Shown one piece after another: positions 9,275 to 18,380 of a stretch of DNA of 51,128 bases (position 1 is its first letter; every line of letters begins with the position of its first letter). The stretch is from an uncultured Gallionellaceae bacterium. GTDB lineage: Bacteria; Pseudomonadota; Gammaproteobacteria; Burkholderiales; Gallionellaceae. A model generated the notes under the pieces. That model ran no database searches and was not told where the DNA came from. It saw only the letters and a program-made list of their open reading frames with translations. A program made the translations under genes and the position numbers. The DNA lies in assembly GCA_903913145.1 (NCBI GenBank), contig CAIWKC010000144.1, positions 1-51,128 on the forward strand, read 5' to 3'.

Positions 9275-9702
9275 TACGCACCTGTAGCAGTAATCACAAG
9301 GCTAGTGAATCCGCAGTTCTGACCGGCAAGAATTGAGGTATTAGTCAGGATCATGTCGGTACCGGAAAGTCCTGCTGTACCTTGGTGTACAGCATTAGTT
9401 GTGGTAGCAGCAGTGGGATAAATTCGGTAGTAAAGCGGATTAGTACCAGTTGTTGAACCTGCGGCAACAACAGGAGTTGTCACTACCGCATTGGCCGTTA
9501 ACTGCCCGGAAGCAGCTGTGCCAAATGTGGTCGCGTTGCCTGTCCACGTACAAATTAATGTACCCAAGTCAGCGGTTGCGCAGTTAGCTGGAATAGAGGC
9601 CGTGGAGCTTTGGAATAATTTAATGACTGCGCTTGCGCCAATATCGGTCGAAAGCTGTGTCATGCAATTGGTTCTGTGGGTAACTGAATACTGAGCGCTC
9701 AA
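9274..9702 (-). CDS. Hypothetical small beta-rich virion protein (142 aa), TTG start
   Basis: TTG start with AGGAG 6 nt upstream. It is the first gene after a tandem terminator pair. Composition is T/A/G-rich. Confidence 0.7.
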   Translation of the reverse strand: MSAQYSVTHRTNCMTQLSTDIGASAVIKLFQSSTASIPANCATADLGTLICTWTGNATTFGTAASGQLTANAVVTTPVVAAGSTTGTNPLYYRIYPTAATTTNAVHQGTAGLSGTDMILTNTSILAGQNCGFTSLVITATGA

Positions 9703-9712
9703 TTGATTCTCC

Positions 9713-9740
9713 TAAATAAAAAACCCGCACGAAGCGGGTT
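9713..9740 (-). terminator. Rho-independent terminator (minus strand)
   Basis: The minus-strand RNA reads AACCCGC-TTCGT-GCGGGTT followed by TTTTATTT. Confidence 0.75.
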
Positions 9741-9750
9741 GATGGGCGTA

Positions 9751-9771
9751 AAAAAACCACCTCAAGGGTGG
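9751..9771 (-). terminator. Rho-independent terminator (minus strand), first of a tandem pair
   Basis: The minus-strand RNA reads CCACC-CTTGA-GGTGG followed by TTTTTT. Confidence 0.65.
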
Positions 9772-9800
9772 CTGTTGGTTATACTAAATTTGCTATATTT

Positions 9801-10163
9801 CTATGCTAACGGATGCGCGTCGATGTAATCGATCTGTCCTTTTTCATTTCTGTGAACAGTGAATCTATAGGGGATGGGCTTTTGTTGTTCTTGCTGTTGA
9901 CTTTGAGCAATAGCATTAACTACCATCTGCCCAAATCTTTCCTGCGCATCGGCGACAGGTTTCATGTCTACAGTAACTTGGGTTTCTTTTGGCGGTTCGT
10001 CAACTTTCGGTTGGACGACTTCTGACTTGGGAATTCTGGCGATTGGTGAGAGCTTTTCACCGGACGTGTTGAAACGTCCAGCGCCAATGTTAACAGGATT
10101 GCCATTTCTCAGGGATATGTTTTTTAAGTCATTCGTGGACTGAACTGATCTCATGCCAAGCAA
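9801..10163 (-). CDS. Hypothetical protein (120 aa)
   Basis: The ORF overlaps the stop of the 1511-aa gene by 13 nt and is followed by terminators. Confidence 0.65.
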   Translation of the reverse strand: MLGMRSVQSTNDLKNISLRNGNPVNIGAGRFNTSGEKLSPIARIPKSEVVQPKVDEPPKETQVTVDMKPVADAQERFGQMVVNAIAQSQQQEQQKPIPYRFTVHRNEKGQIDYIDAHPLA

Positions 10164-13100
10164 TCCTCCAAACGTTTCATCGCATCTTCCCTGGAGTCCA
10201 GATTATCCAATTCCTCTTTGGCATCCATTTTCATGTGGGCAGTTTCGCCCGTATCGCGGATGAGATAAGGAACAGTTACTTTTCGTCCGGAGAGTTTGTC
10301 TCTTGGGATGGACTCTGAGTCGGCGTACTTGGTCCCTTCATCTTCGTTGCGGCTGAAGCTGATTTCGCCGGGATCACCCCATCCGTACTTTTTACTGAAT
10401 TCTTCGTTGACCCGCTGGACTCTTGGAGCGAGTTCATCTCGAACCCACCGGAGTAAATCGGGTGATCCTTCGGCAGTGATCCTATCCACGTAAGCTTGCC
10501 CATTTGGGTTATCCTTCCAATTGTTGGACGGCATATCGCCGTCACTTGTAAATGTACCACCCTTCACATCAGGTAAGCTAGTTTTTGCAACTTCAGCAAT
10601 TTGCCTTAATTCTTTATTATCTAGTGCGCCAAAGTTTACTACTCTCATCCCTTTGCCTTGGGCATCGGCAATAAAAGCCAAACCTTTATCCCAAGTCTGT
10701 GTCTTTCCTTCCCAGTCCACAAAGGTATCTTTGCCTTTTGAGTGCATCCATTCACCGACATTGCTGACCAATTGTTTGGCTTCGTCTGGCGTCAAGCTTC
10801 TGCCAATATCAAGCAATAGGCCATTCTCTCCGGATTTATTTCCATTGTAGAACGGACGATGCCATCCGACACCTTCTTGCTTGCCCAGCAATCCAAGAAT
10901 AGATGAGTATAAATTCATCATCTTTTTCTGGGATGGATCAACGTGCGTTTGGCCTTCTTTCCCCATATCCGGAGCCATCGGAATATTCTTTTGACTGGAT
11001 GGAGAAACTTCATTCTCCCAAACGCCCGGCTCGATTCTTTCTCCGTCAACTAGTAAACCTAACTTTTGAGCAATTAAGTCCTCACCTTGAGGGCCATATA
11101 ATGCTTTCTGGAAAGCTTGCTGATACTCAACTTGTTTTGCATATTCGGCATCATGAATGCCAGATAGAATTCCAGATGTTCTGCCTGGACGAGCTTCAAA
11201 CGAGACTTGTCCGATGTGCCTTCTCAATCCGTCTGCAAAATCAAACTTTGCCGCTGTAGTATCATCTGTTGTAGGATCATGCTCAAAAGCATGTTTCAGC
11301 CAATTTGCCCGATGAGCTTCCTCATTGTGTATCACTCTGACAGGCTTACCTTTGGCCCCGGTTTTGTAACTGATCCAGCCTTTTTTAGCTGATGATTCTT
11401 CGGTAGATTTCTTGACATCTTTGTTTTCCATCCGGGCTTTCATCGCAACCCAGACTGCGGCTTGAACTTGTTGAGGCTCCCATCCCATTTCCTTGGCAAT
11501 ACGGTTCGTTTCATTTTCCATGAATGCGTATTGTGTATTGCTAGGCGCATCAGTTTTATAGTGGGCTGCGCGCATCATCCATATATCTATTGTCGCACCC
11601 TGATGATCCTTGGTATTTGGATCGATCATTCGTAATAGATTGGTGAAGAAATTACCTGTCTTTTCTCCGGACCAGAATTTATCCACTTCATCCAAAGCTT
11701 CTTTTGCTTTGGTATCCATGACGCCAGTTTTTACATTAATCTCTTGGCCGGCTTTATATTGCGCCCATGCTCTTAATGCAAATGTAGAATTGGTATCTAC
11801 TTTGGCTTGCGGTGAATAGATCGCGAGTAAGGCGACAAACTTCCGAGCTTCATTGACATCATGTCCAACCATTTGCAGAACGGCATGCGAACTATTCTCA
11901 TACCAGTATCTTCCGCGCTCACCTTCTTTGGTTAATTGAGTGAGCCACTTTCTGAGGTGCGTAATCTTGGCCGGGGTGTCAAACTTTTCCGGTGCGCCGA
12001 TATATTTCCCATCTTTCATGGGAAGTTTATCAATCACATGCCCGGCTCTGGAATAGGCCGTACCACGTCCTTCTAGAGCCGCACGTACTCGGGGTGCATC
12101 AGAGTGGGTAAATAATATTTTACCGTCTTGCACCCTTCCTTTTACATCGTCAGGGATGGCTGAACGAATCTCTTCAGGATCACCGTGAACCCACATCGAT
12201 CCATCTTTGTTTCTTTCAAATTGATAATCACCAACATCTTCTTTCCTGCCAAAACTAATTTCTCCATCACTCTTCGCGCCTTCAATCGCACCTGAATCCA
12301 AACGGCGTTTATATTCTGCCATTGCTTCCAGAATCGCTTCATGGGCTTTGTCTAAACTGGATTTGGTTTGCTTGGAAAGCAATTTTCCTTTGACTACATT
12401 CACCGCTTTGACAACGGCATCACGAACTGTGGTGAGGAATGTATTTGCTTCCGGTGTGGACATTCTCAACGCAAGGTCAGTGAGAAATTGCGTGTCATTT
12501 AACTTGTCACCGATTACATCTGAAACTGTTTCTTGTCTGGCAGTAGATAGAGGAGTGTCTAATTTTTTCTCGACATCCGCTTTCTTCTCACCCAATTTCC
12601 CATAGCCGCGATTGACGAAATTATCTCGGGCTATATTTTTATCGAGCGCACCTTCGGAAGTAACATTGCCATTTTCATCTTTGGTGCCAAACAAATGATC
12701 TTCAAGCTTGGCGTATAGATCACCCGCTTGTGTTTTTAATGCATGGCCGATTTCATGACCAACTACACTTAGGGCGGTGTGATTTGAAGCAGCATCCAGA
12801 TAGATAGTATTTTCATCCGCACCTATCTCGCCCCCATAGGCACCACGGAAAAATAATTTCTTACCGGCAGCATCGGCAATGTATTTAACTTTCTTTCCAA
12901 ACGCCGCAGCAATTAATTCTACTGTTCGTCTTGTGTCCGGAGAAAACCGTGCAGACAGGGCGCCGGGTTCCACTTCCTTAATATCGTAAGCGTTTGTACC
13001 AAGGTCATCGGGTGACTTGATAAGTTCCTTGGGTGGTAAGCCATCCTTCGCGCGCTGGATATTGTCTTTGGCAATTTGTTTATTGAGATTGTCGACATGA

Positions 13101-14686
13101 GCTTTATTAATCCCCTTTTCGATAGCGGTAATATCCTCGGGCTTTGATTCTACCCGATTGTCGATGGGAGTGATAATTTTTGCAGGTTCGTCAACTTTGT
13201 AATCGACTGTAGGCTCAACTTTGTTTTCGTCTGGGGTGACGGTATCGGCTATGGTTTGATCGATTACGTTCTCAAAACCTTTGGGAGTTTCTACAGGACG
13301 AGTCGTAATCTCGTTTGCTGCTTTGATTGCGTCTTCAACGGTAGGCGCGTCAGAGATCGCTTTGACTGAATTCAGTGGATCAGATTTAATCTCGTTGATG
13401 AGCGATTCTTTTTGATCAGCGAGTGGCTGTAGTTCGGTGTCGGGCTTGTACCCCATCTGTTCACGCAATTGCTGTGCGCGGTCTGCGGTAAATTCTGGAG
13501 CATGCGCGTGAGGCAAGGAAGCAAATCCTGCACCTGTCACCATATCCAACATACGGTCTTGCCATGTGCGATCTGACTTCATAGAATCAGGTAGGGCAGA
13601 CTGCTCAAACGGATGAGTTGCCTCATTCACAATTGGCATTGTTACCGCACCGGTAGCCATGCGTTGAGCTAATTTTCCACCGGCAGACATCGGGAAAGCC
13701 CCGGCAGCTACAGTCGTCAAAGCAGTTGCAGCCATCGCGTTACTGGCTTGCGTCATGTCTCCTGTCTTCTCATAAACTTGACGGCCAATATCCACTGCTG
13801 CTGTGGCGGCAGGCAAAGCCATTCCCGCAAAGGCATGCTGACCTGTTTCAATTAATGCTTTGGAAATACCTTCAGCCAGATTCTTTTCCAGCGCGGCACC
13901 ACCAGTTGTAAATCCTTCAATCATCATGCCGCCCAGACCACCTACAGTATGAGCTAGTTTTCCACCAAATCCGGTATCCTGATCGACTGCATTATTTTCT
14001 TTTCCTTGCAGGAATGGATCAGCTAAATTGCGGAAGACTGCATCTTGAACTGGCGTGTCTGGATTGTTTGTAAAGTATTGGTAAGCCCAGTCCATTGGTT
14101 TTGCAATAGTCGATGTGGCCAGCGCGCCCGATAGTCCAAGATCATCTCCAACTTCTGCCAATCCTTTAGGAATTTCATTCAGTGTGTCTGAAATGCTTTT
14201 GTCGACATACGGTCTGGCGTGATCAATAATTCCACGCGATGCATCTTGAACTTTATCATCTTCGGATAGATTCTTGTCGCTGTTCAAATATCCAAGTGCA
14301 GCTTCATCGGAATTCTGATTTTGCGCTAACTGACTTTGAATTGGTGGCGTAGGTGTACTAGCAGACTTAACTGCATTGTCCACGCCGATATCCATCTGAC
14401 GATCAGAACTAAACGAAGGTAGTCCGTTATCGCCGACATGAATAGCATCAGCACCCGGAACTGTAGCTGTTTTGGATGCGGTCGTAGCCAGATCGGATAC
14501 ATCCGGTTTCGGAGTTAGCTCATCTTTCACCGCATGATAAGCATCCTGTGCGCGGTCGAGTATGCCTTCTGATTTTTCAGGAGCGAATTGTGGGAAGTTT
14601 TTAGAAATAGCAGCAGCCATATCTGGCTCTGACATATCATCAGGGAACTGAAGTCTCTGCCCGTCAGGAAGTTGGACTAATGGCAT
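10151..14686 (-). CDS. Giant multidomain virion/ejected protein, 1511 aa, with HExxH zincin-type metallopeptidase motif
   Basis: Unbroken 4.5-kb ORF. The N-terminus is MPLVQLPDGQRLQFPDDMSEPDM. A hydrophobic Gly/Ala-rich block spans about aa 250-360. The sequence ALSVVGHEIGHALKT carries HEIGH. Confidence 0.85.
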   Translation of the reverse strand: MPLVQLPDGQRLQFPDDMSEPDMAAAISKNFPQFAPEKSEGILDRAQDAYHAVKDELTPKPDVSDLATTASKTATVPGADAIHVGDNGLPSFSSDRQMDIGVDNAVKSASTPTPPIQSQLAQNQNSDEAALGYLNSDKNLSEDDKVQDASRGIIDHARPYVDKSISDTLNEIPKGLAEVGDDLGLSGALATSTIAKPMDWAYQYFTNNPDTPVQDAVFRNLADPFLQGKENNAVDQDTGFGGKLAHTVGGLGGMMIEGFTTGGAALEKNLAEGISKALIETGQHAFAGMALPAATAAVDIGRQVYEKTGDMTQASNAMAATALTTVAAGAFPMSAGGKLAQRMATGAVTMPIVNEATHPFEQSALPDSMKSDRTWQDRMLDMVTGAGFASLPHAHAPEFTADRAQQLREQMGYKPDTELQPLADQKESLINEIKSDPLNSVKAISDAPTVEDAIKAANEITTRPVETPKGFENVIDQTIADTVTPDENKVEPTVDYKVDEPAKIITPIDNRVESKPEDITAIEKGINKAHVDNLNKQIAKDNIQRAKDGLPPKELIKSPDDLGTNAYDIKEVEPGALSARFSPDTRRTVELIAAAFGKKVKYIADAAGKKLFFRGAYGGEIGADENTIYLDAASNHTALSVVGHEIGHALKTQAGDLYAKLEDHLFGTKDENGNVTSEGALDKNIARDNFVNRGYGKLGEKKADVEKKLDTPLSTARQETVSDVIGDKLNDTQFLTDLALRMSTPEANTFLTTVRDAVVKAVNVVKGKLLSKQTKSSLDKAHEAILEAMAEYKRRLDSGAIEGAKSDGEISFGRKEDVGDYQFERNKDGSMWVHGDPEEIRSAIPDDVKGRVQDGKILFTHSDAPRVRAALEGRGTAYSRAGHVIDKLPMKDGKYIGAPEKFDTPAKITHLRKWLTQLTKEGERGRYWYENSSHAVLQMVGHDVNEARKFVALLAIYSPQAKVDTNSTFALRAWAQYKAGQEINVKTGVMDTKAKEALDEVDKFWSGEKTGNFFTNLLRMIDPNTKDHQGATIDIWMMRAAHYKTDAPSNTQYAFMENETNRIAKEMGWEPQQVQAAVWVAMKARMENKDVKKSTEESSAKKGWISYKTGAKGKPVRVIHNEEAHRANWLKHAFEHDPTTDDTTAAKFDFADGLRRHIGQVSFEARPGRTSGILSGIHDAEYAKQVEYQQAFQKALYGPQGEDLIAQKLGLLVDGERIEPGVWENEVSPSSQKNIPMAPDMGKEGQTHVDPSQKKMMNLYSSILGLLGKQEGVGWHRPFYNGNKSGENGLLLDIGRSLTPDEAKQLVSNVGEWMHSKGKDTFVDWEGKTQTWDKGLAFIADAQGKGMRVVNFGALDNKELRQIAEVAKTSLPDVKGGTFTSDGDMPSNNWKDNPNGQAYVDRITAEGSPDLLRWVRDELAPRVQRVNEEFSKKYGWGDPGEISFSRNEDEGTKYADSESIPRDKLSGRKVTVPYLIRDTGETAHMKMDAKEELDNLDSREDAMKRLEDCLA

Positions 14687-14696
14687 TCTTTATTCC

Positions 14697-15581
14697 CTAT
14701 TTAAATGTTCCAGATTTTGGGTCCCAAACTTTTACAGGTTGAGGTGGCTTCACAGTTGAATTGTCTACAGGTCTAAGGTCTGGCATTTTGAATCCAAAAC
14801 TCTTGGCCATATCAACTTGCTGCTGGCGATATTGCTGGTTCTGTGTGCGCAATTGATTAATCGTATTATGTCGATCTGTGTATTCCGGAGTTCCTTGGCG
14901 AACATTATTCAGTTCGCCATTGAGTTGGCCAATCGTTGTATTGTTGTCTCGAATCGCCTGTTCAGCACTATTAAATACAGCATGTGCCATGACTGAATCT
15001 GTACCATCTTTGGCTTCTTTCATCGCATGCAACTGCATTCCGAAATCACCTTTCATTTTGGCAATTTCAAATAAAGTGTCATATTTGTTATTGTTCATCG
15101 CTTCTTTCATCTGATTATTCATTTGAGCGATTTCTTGTTTGCTGTTCGTCTGCATTAATTTATCAGGATCAATATCTCCACTGGCGGCTGCACCGGCAAC
15201 AATATTGTCAGGATTGCTCATTAGAGATTTTTGTGTATTGTCTTTGGCCTGCTGAATCGTATCCAAAACATCTTGAGAAACCGGATTCCCAGAATTCGCC
15301 AAATCGCTGACAGCAGAATCTGAACTGTTATATTGGTTTGCCATCTGTGGCGCAATAATGCTTTTCTCTGCATCCTGAATTCTTTCAACTCTAGCCGCAC
15401 GTTGCTGATTTGCCATTTCAACATTCCACTGAGCAAGATTCTTGGCTTTCTGTTCGGCCAAGTTCTGCATGTCAATATCATGTTGTTGTGCTTGTTGATG
15501 ATCGTAAATATCTTTGCTCGCTCCCGCCACCCCAGAAGCAGCCCCCGCGACACCACTCATCATTCCATCTAAAATTCCCAT
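14697..15581 (-). CDS. Hypothetical N/Q-rich coiled-coil internal virion protein (294 aa)
   Basis: The start abuts the upstream stop. It has a Gly/Ala-rich N-terminus followed by Q/N/K-rich sequence. Confidence 0.75.
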   Translation of the reverse strand: MGILDGMMSGVAGAASGVAGASKDIYDHQQAQQHDIDMQNLAEQKAKNLAQWNVEMANQQRAARVERIQDAEKSIIAPQMANQYNSSDSAVSDLANSGNPVSQDVLDTIQQAKDNTQKSLMSNPDNIVAGAAASGDIDPDKLMQTNSKQEIAQMNNQMKEAMNNNKYDTLFEIAKMKGDFGMQLHAMKEAKDGTDSVMAHAVFNSAEQAIRDNNTTIGQLNGELNNVRQGTPEYTDRHNTINQLRTQNQQYRQQQVDMAKSFGFKMPDLRPVDNSTVKPPQPVKVWDPKSGTFK

Positions 15582-16094
15582 TTACGCCCCCTGAGTTTGT
15601 GCGCCGATGATTCCGTTTTGCGATATAGCAGATTGCGATTTCTGTGCGTGTGCTTGGGCAATCATTGAATGCATCTTGTCCGGAGTTACTCCGAATAAAG
15701 GTAACATCGCATGCCCTACCGACTGAACAGTGTGCGATAAAACCTGTGGCGTGATTTGTATCTTTCCTACTTTGGAAGACATATCCAAATACTCATAGGC
15801 AAACATCAGCGCACACGGCATCGCCAAGGGACCGTACTGGGGATTGGAGAAGATATTCCCACCTTGCTTATTAATCTCAGCCATCATTCGTGCAGCACCC
15901 TCTCCCGCTGTTTTAATCGGATTGGTGTCCGACATCAAACGGTGTTTCATCGTCTGGGCCAATTGAGGCGCTTGCATAATCGTCAATCCCGCTTTCAGAA
16001 TAGACTGAAATTCGTTCTGTAGTTGTTGGGGAATCTTCGCTTGAATGGCTTGTTCGGCTTGAGCCAAGATCGGGCTGGATGGTTGTCCTAACAT
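15582..16094 (-). CDS. Hypothetical protein (170 aa)
   Basis: Tightly packed between neighbouring genes on the same strand. Confidence 0.75.
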   Translation of the reverse strand: MLGQPSSPILAQAEQAIQAKIPQQLQNEFQSILKAGLTIMQAPQLAQTMKHRLMSDTNPIKTAGEGAARMMAEINKQGGNIFSNPQYGPLAMPCALMFAYEYLDMSSKVGKIQITPQVLSHTVQSVGHAMLPLFGVTPDKMHSMIAQAHAQKSQSAISQNGIIGAQTQGA

Positions 16095-16095
16095 A

Positions 16096-16887
16096 TTAAC
16101 CTACCTTCTTTGCGTAAGAGACTGGTTTAGGCGCGGCACCAAATGAATTCGCACCACCGTATCGGGCAGCACGGTCAGCGGCGGATTGTTCTCTTTGTTG
16201 ATCCAATTGTTTGTTTAAGTTTTGTTGTTGCATGTAACCGTTGATTAAACCTGATCCAGCTTGGATAGCCATGTACTGTTTCCAGTTCATTGGTAATGTA
16301 GTTCCGCTGCCTACTCCCGGTGAGCCTGCAGAAGGAGTATATGAAGCATTAATGATCCCGCTATTTCCCGCATTGGGAGCACCACTGATAGTGTCTGCCG
16401 TACCTAGATTGGTTGAAGTTACTCCATTCGTTCCAGATAGCGATCCCATCGGATCAGTAGTATTAATTCCCAAAGAATTTGTTTGCGGTGCGCCAGTTAT
16501 ATTGTCAACTATGCCACCCGTTCCATTCAGTGAAGTTGAACCTGTAGTCGCGCCGTCCACTCCGCTCGTAGTCAATCCGTTGGTAGTCAGATTCGATGCG
16601 AGTGGATCAGCCGCACCCAAAGAAGATGAGGCAACATCAGCACCATTCGCGGCATCCAATCCACTTCCCGCCAGAGCGGAAGGAGTTCCGTCTCCAATTA
16701 AACCCAATCCACCACCAGCCAAGAAAGCTCCACCACCGGCAAGCATCATCTGGCCGCCGATACCCTGAGTTGCTTTGTCATGTCCAATTGCACCTGCGGC
16801 GTAGGTAGCCAATCCCAACCACCCGACTGCCGCAGCCGCCCCGAGGAAACCACCGACTCCAACTGTTGCACTGACTGCTACTGCCAT
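16096..16887 (-). CDS. Gly-rich membrane-associated internal/ejection-type protein (263 aa)
   Basis: The N-terminal hydrophobic Gly/Ala segments (GVGGFLGAAAAVGWLGLATYAAGAIG; MMLAGGGAFLAGGGLGLIG) are followed by G/S/T/N-rich low-complexity sequence. Confidence 0.8.
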   Translation of the reverse strand: MAVAVSATVGVGGFLGAAAAVGWLGLATYAAGAIGHDKATQGIGGQMMLAGGGAFLAGGGLGLIGDGTPSALAGSGLDAANGADVASSSLGAADPLASNLTTNGLTTSGVDGATTGSTSLNGTGGIVDNITGAPQTNSLGINTTDPMGSLSGTNGVTSTNLGTADTISGAPNAGNSGIINASYTPSAGSPGVGSGTTLPMNWKQYMAIQAGSGLINGYMQQQNLNKQLDQQREQSAADRAARYGGANSFGAAPKPVSYAKKVG

Positions 16888-16898
16888 GATCGATCCCC

Positions 16899-16936
16899 TT
16901 CAATTAATATTTCATTCTTCAATTAATATTTCATTC
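16899..16936. repeat. Perfect 19-bp tandem duplication (ttcaattaatatttcattc x2, plus a partial third copy)
   Basis: Read directly from the sequence. One copy supplies the last codons and stop of the 145-aa gene. The other lies in the spacer upstream of the ribosome-binding site of the next gene. Confidence 0.95.
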
Positions 16937-17349
16937 TTCAATTCTAAATATTCCAATTCATCATTTGATGTAAACTGACTGATAATCTTATCCACGTCTT
17001 TTTCATCCGTTCCAAATATCGTGGTCCAAATACAATCTGTGTGGGCGTAAGCTATTCTCTTTGTGCCTGCCGGTGAAACGACTGTGGCAGGAGCGCTCAA
17101 TATTTCCATTCCTTTATCGGTCAGAACCGAAATAGTTCCCTGCAACAGAAAATTTAAATTGTCGTGTAAATGTACCGCTCCGGTTAGAACTGTGTCGGCA
17201 GGGATATGTAATTCTCTAGCACAGACACCTTTTGCAAAATGATGAAATACAGGCAGTTCAATTTGTGGCAATTTCAGAAGTTCTTTCTCCATTTGAAATA
17301 CGACTTTGCGGGAAAGATCAACGTGTGATTTGGTCATGACTTCGTTCAT
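16912..17349 (-). CDS. Hypothetical protein (145 aa), possibly cupin-like
   Basis: Clean ORF. Its 3-prime end lies inside a 19-bp tandem duplication. The fold assignment is only an impression. Confidence 0.6.
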   Translation of the reverse strand: MNEVMTKSHVDLSRKVVFQMEKELLKLPQIELPVFHHFAKGVCARELHIPADTVLTGAVHLHDNLNFLLQGTISVLTDKGMEILSAPATVVSPAGTKRIAYAHTDCIWTTIFGTDEKDVDKIISQFTSNDELEYLELKNEILIEE

Positions 17350-17455
17350 TGGAATTATTATTTAGTCGGCATGCTCATTTGCCCATGCGACAGAGGCTGG
17401 ATTATTCGGATCATTTGGGTTGCCATTTAGATTAGCTTGCGCCTATGTCATCATT

Positions 17456-17496
17456 GTTCCATCCGGATTTAAATCGGCGTTCCATCCGGATTTAAA
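17456..17496. repeat. 23-bp-period tandem duplication (gttccatccggatttaaa at 17456 and 17479)
   Basis: Read directly from the sequence. The period is not a multiple of 3, so the C-terminus of the 299-aa gene changes from ...LNPDGTMMT* to ...LNPDGTPI*. Confidence 0.9.
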
Positions 17497-18368
17497 CCGA
17501 AATCCACATTGGATTGCTGTTGTCGCGTATAACCATTTGAGTTTAATCCATCCGATCCGAAAGTATTTGGCGATGACGAACCAGTTGGTGGTGCAGCGCC
17601 TGTACTAGCAGCAGCATAATCCGGAGACTGCGGATTCAATGTAGACAGATATTTTGAAACATCAGGAATAGTCGAAGCACCGTTTGGACCTTGTTGCAAT
17701 CCCGCCATCTGATTATCAAATCCCGACAAGAGTTGAGAGATCGGAGTTTGTTTGTCTGAGATAGCGGTATTGTTCAGGATCGAATTAATATTATCCTGCA
17801 GGTCTTTATAAGCTGAAGCCGCAGAAGCATTGTTCGCAATGAGCGCTTGATTCTTCTGGCCGGCCAACGTAACGGCATTATTCGCCGCTGTATCTGCTTG
17901 AGTAATTGCTCCCTGATAAACAGTACCCGCCAATTGATTCGCATTATTTGCATTGGTAGTTGCTTGGCTGGAAGTTTGCTGCGCATCCGCTTGGGCAATT
18001 GGAGTGGCGTTCTGCATCACGGAATTTAAAATACCTGTCTGCGCCATAGACCCATTGGTGAATCCTTTACTTGCTGAATTCTCCAATCCCTGAGTCGCCC
18101 ACTTCTGATAATAAGGATTATTGGGGTCGATCATGTTCGTCATGTTCTGCGAAGTTGTCGGTGTGTTCGCGACGTTCACAGAGGTAGGTGCGCTGACTGT
18201 ATTCGGTGAACCCGTACCTGTAGAAGGTGTAGTTGGGTTGGCGTTTGTGTAAGTAGAAGGATTTCCCGTAGTCGGGGCGGTAGAATTGGATGGAGGTGTG
18301 GCAGACGATCCGGGAATATTGGGATTGTTTGGATCGGGTATTGGATTTCCAGTTGCGTCTGTTGCCAT
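17469..18368 (-). CDS. Low-complexity P/T/N/Q-rich virion protein (299 aa)
   Basis: Long ORF in the operon. The N-terminus MATDATGNPIPDPNNPNIPGSSATPP is followed by a Q/A/N-rich core. Confidence 0.75.
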   Translation of the reverse strand: MATDATGNPIPDPNNPNIPGSSATPPSNSTAPTTGNPSTYTNANPTTPSTGTGSPNTVSAPTSVNVANTPTTSQNMTNMIDPNNPYYQKWATQGLENSASKGFTNGSMAQTGILNSVMQNATPIAQADAQQTSSQATTNANNANQLAGTVYQGAITQADTAANNAVTLAGQKNQALIANNASAASAYKDLQDNINSILNNTAISDKQTPISQLLSGFDNQMAGLQQGPNGASTIPDVSKYLSTLNPQSPDYAAASTGAAPPTGSSSPNTFGSDGLNSNGYTRQQQSNVDFGLNPDGTPI

Positions 18369-18380
18369 TGCTAATCCTTT

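Noticed and set aside
16241-16768. A 175-aa plus-strand ORF (Pro-rich) antisense to the Gly-rich protein gene.
   Set aside because: It is the complement of GGN/GCN-rich codons, which gives Pro/Ala-rich stop-free sequence. There are no start signals.
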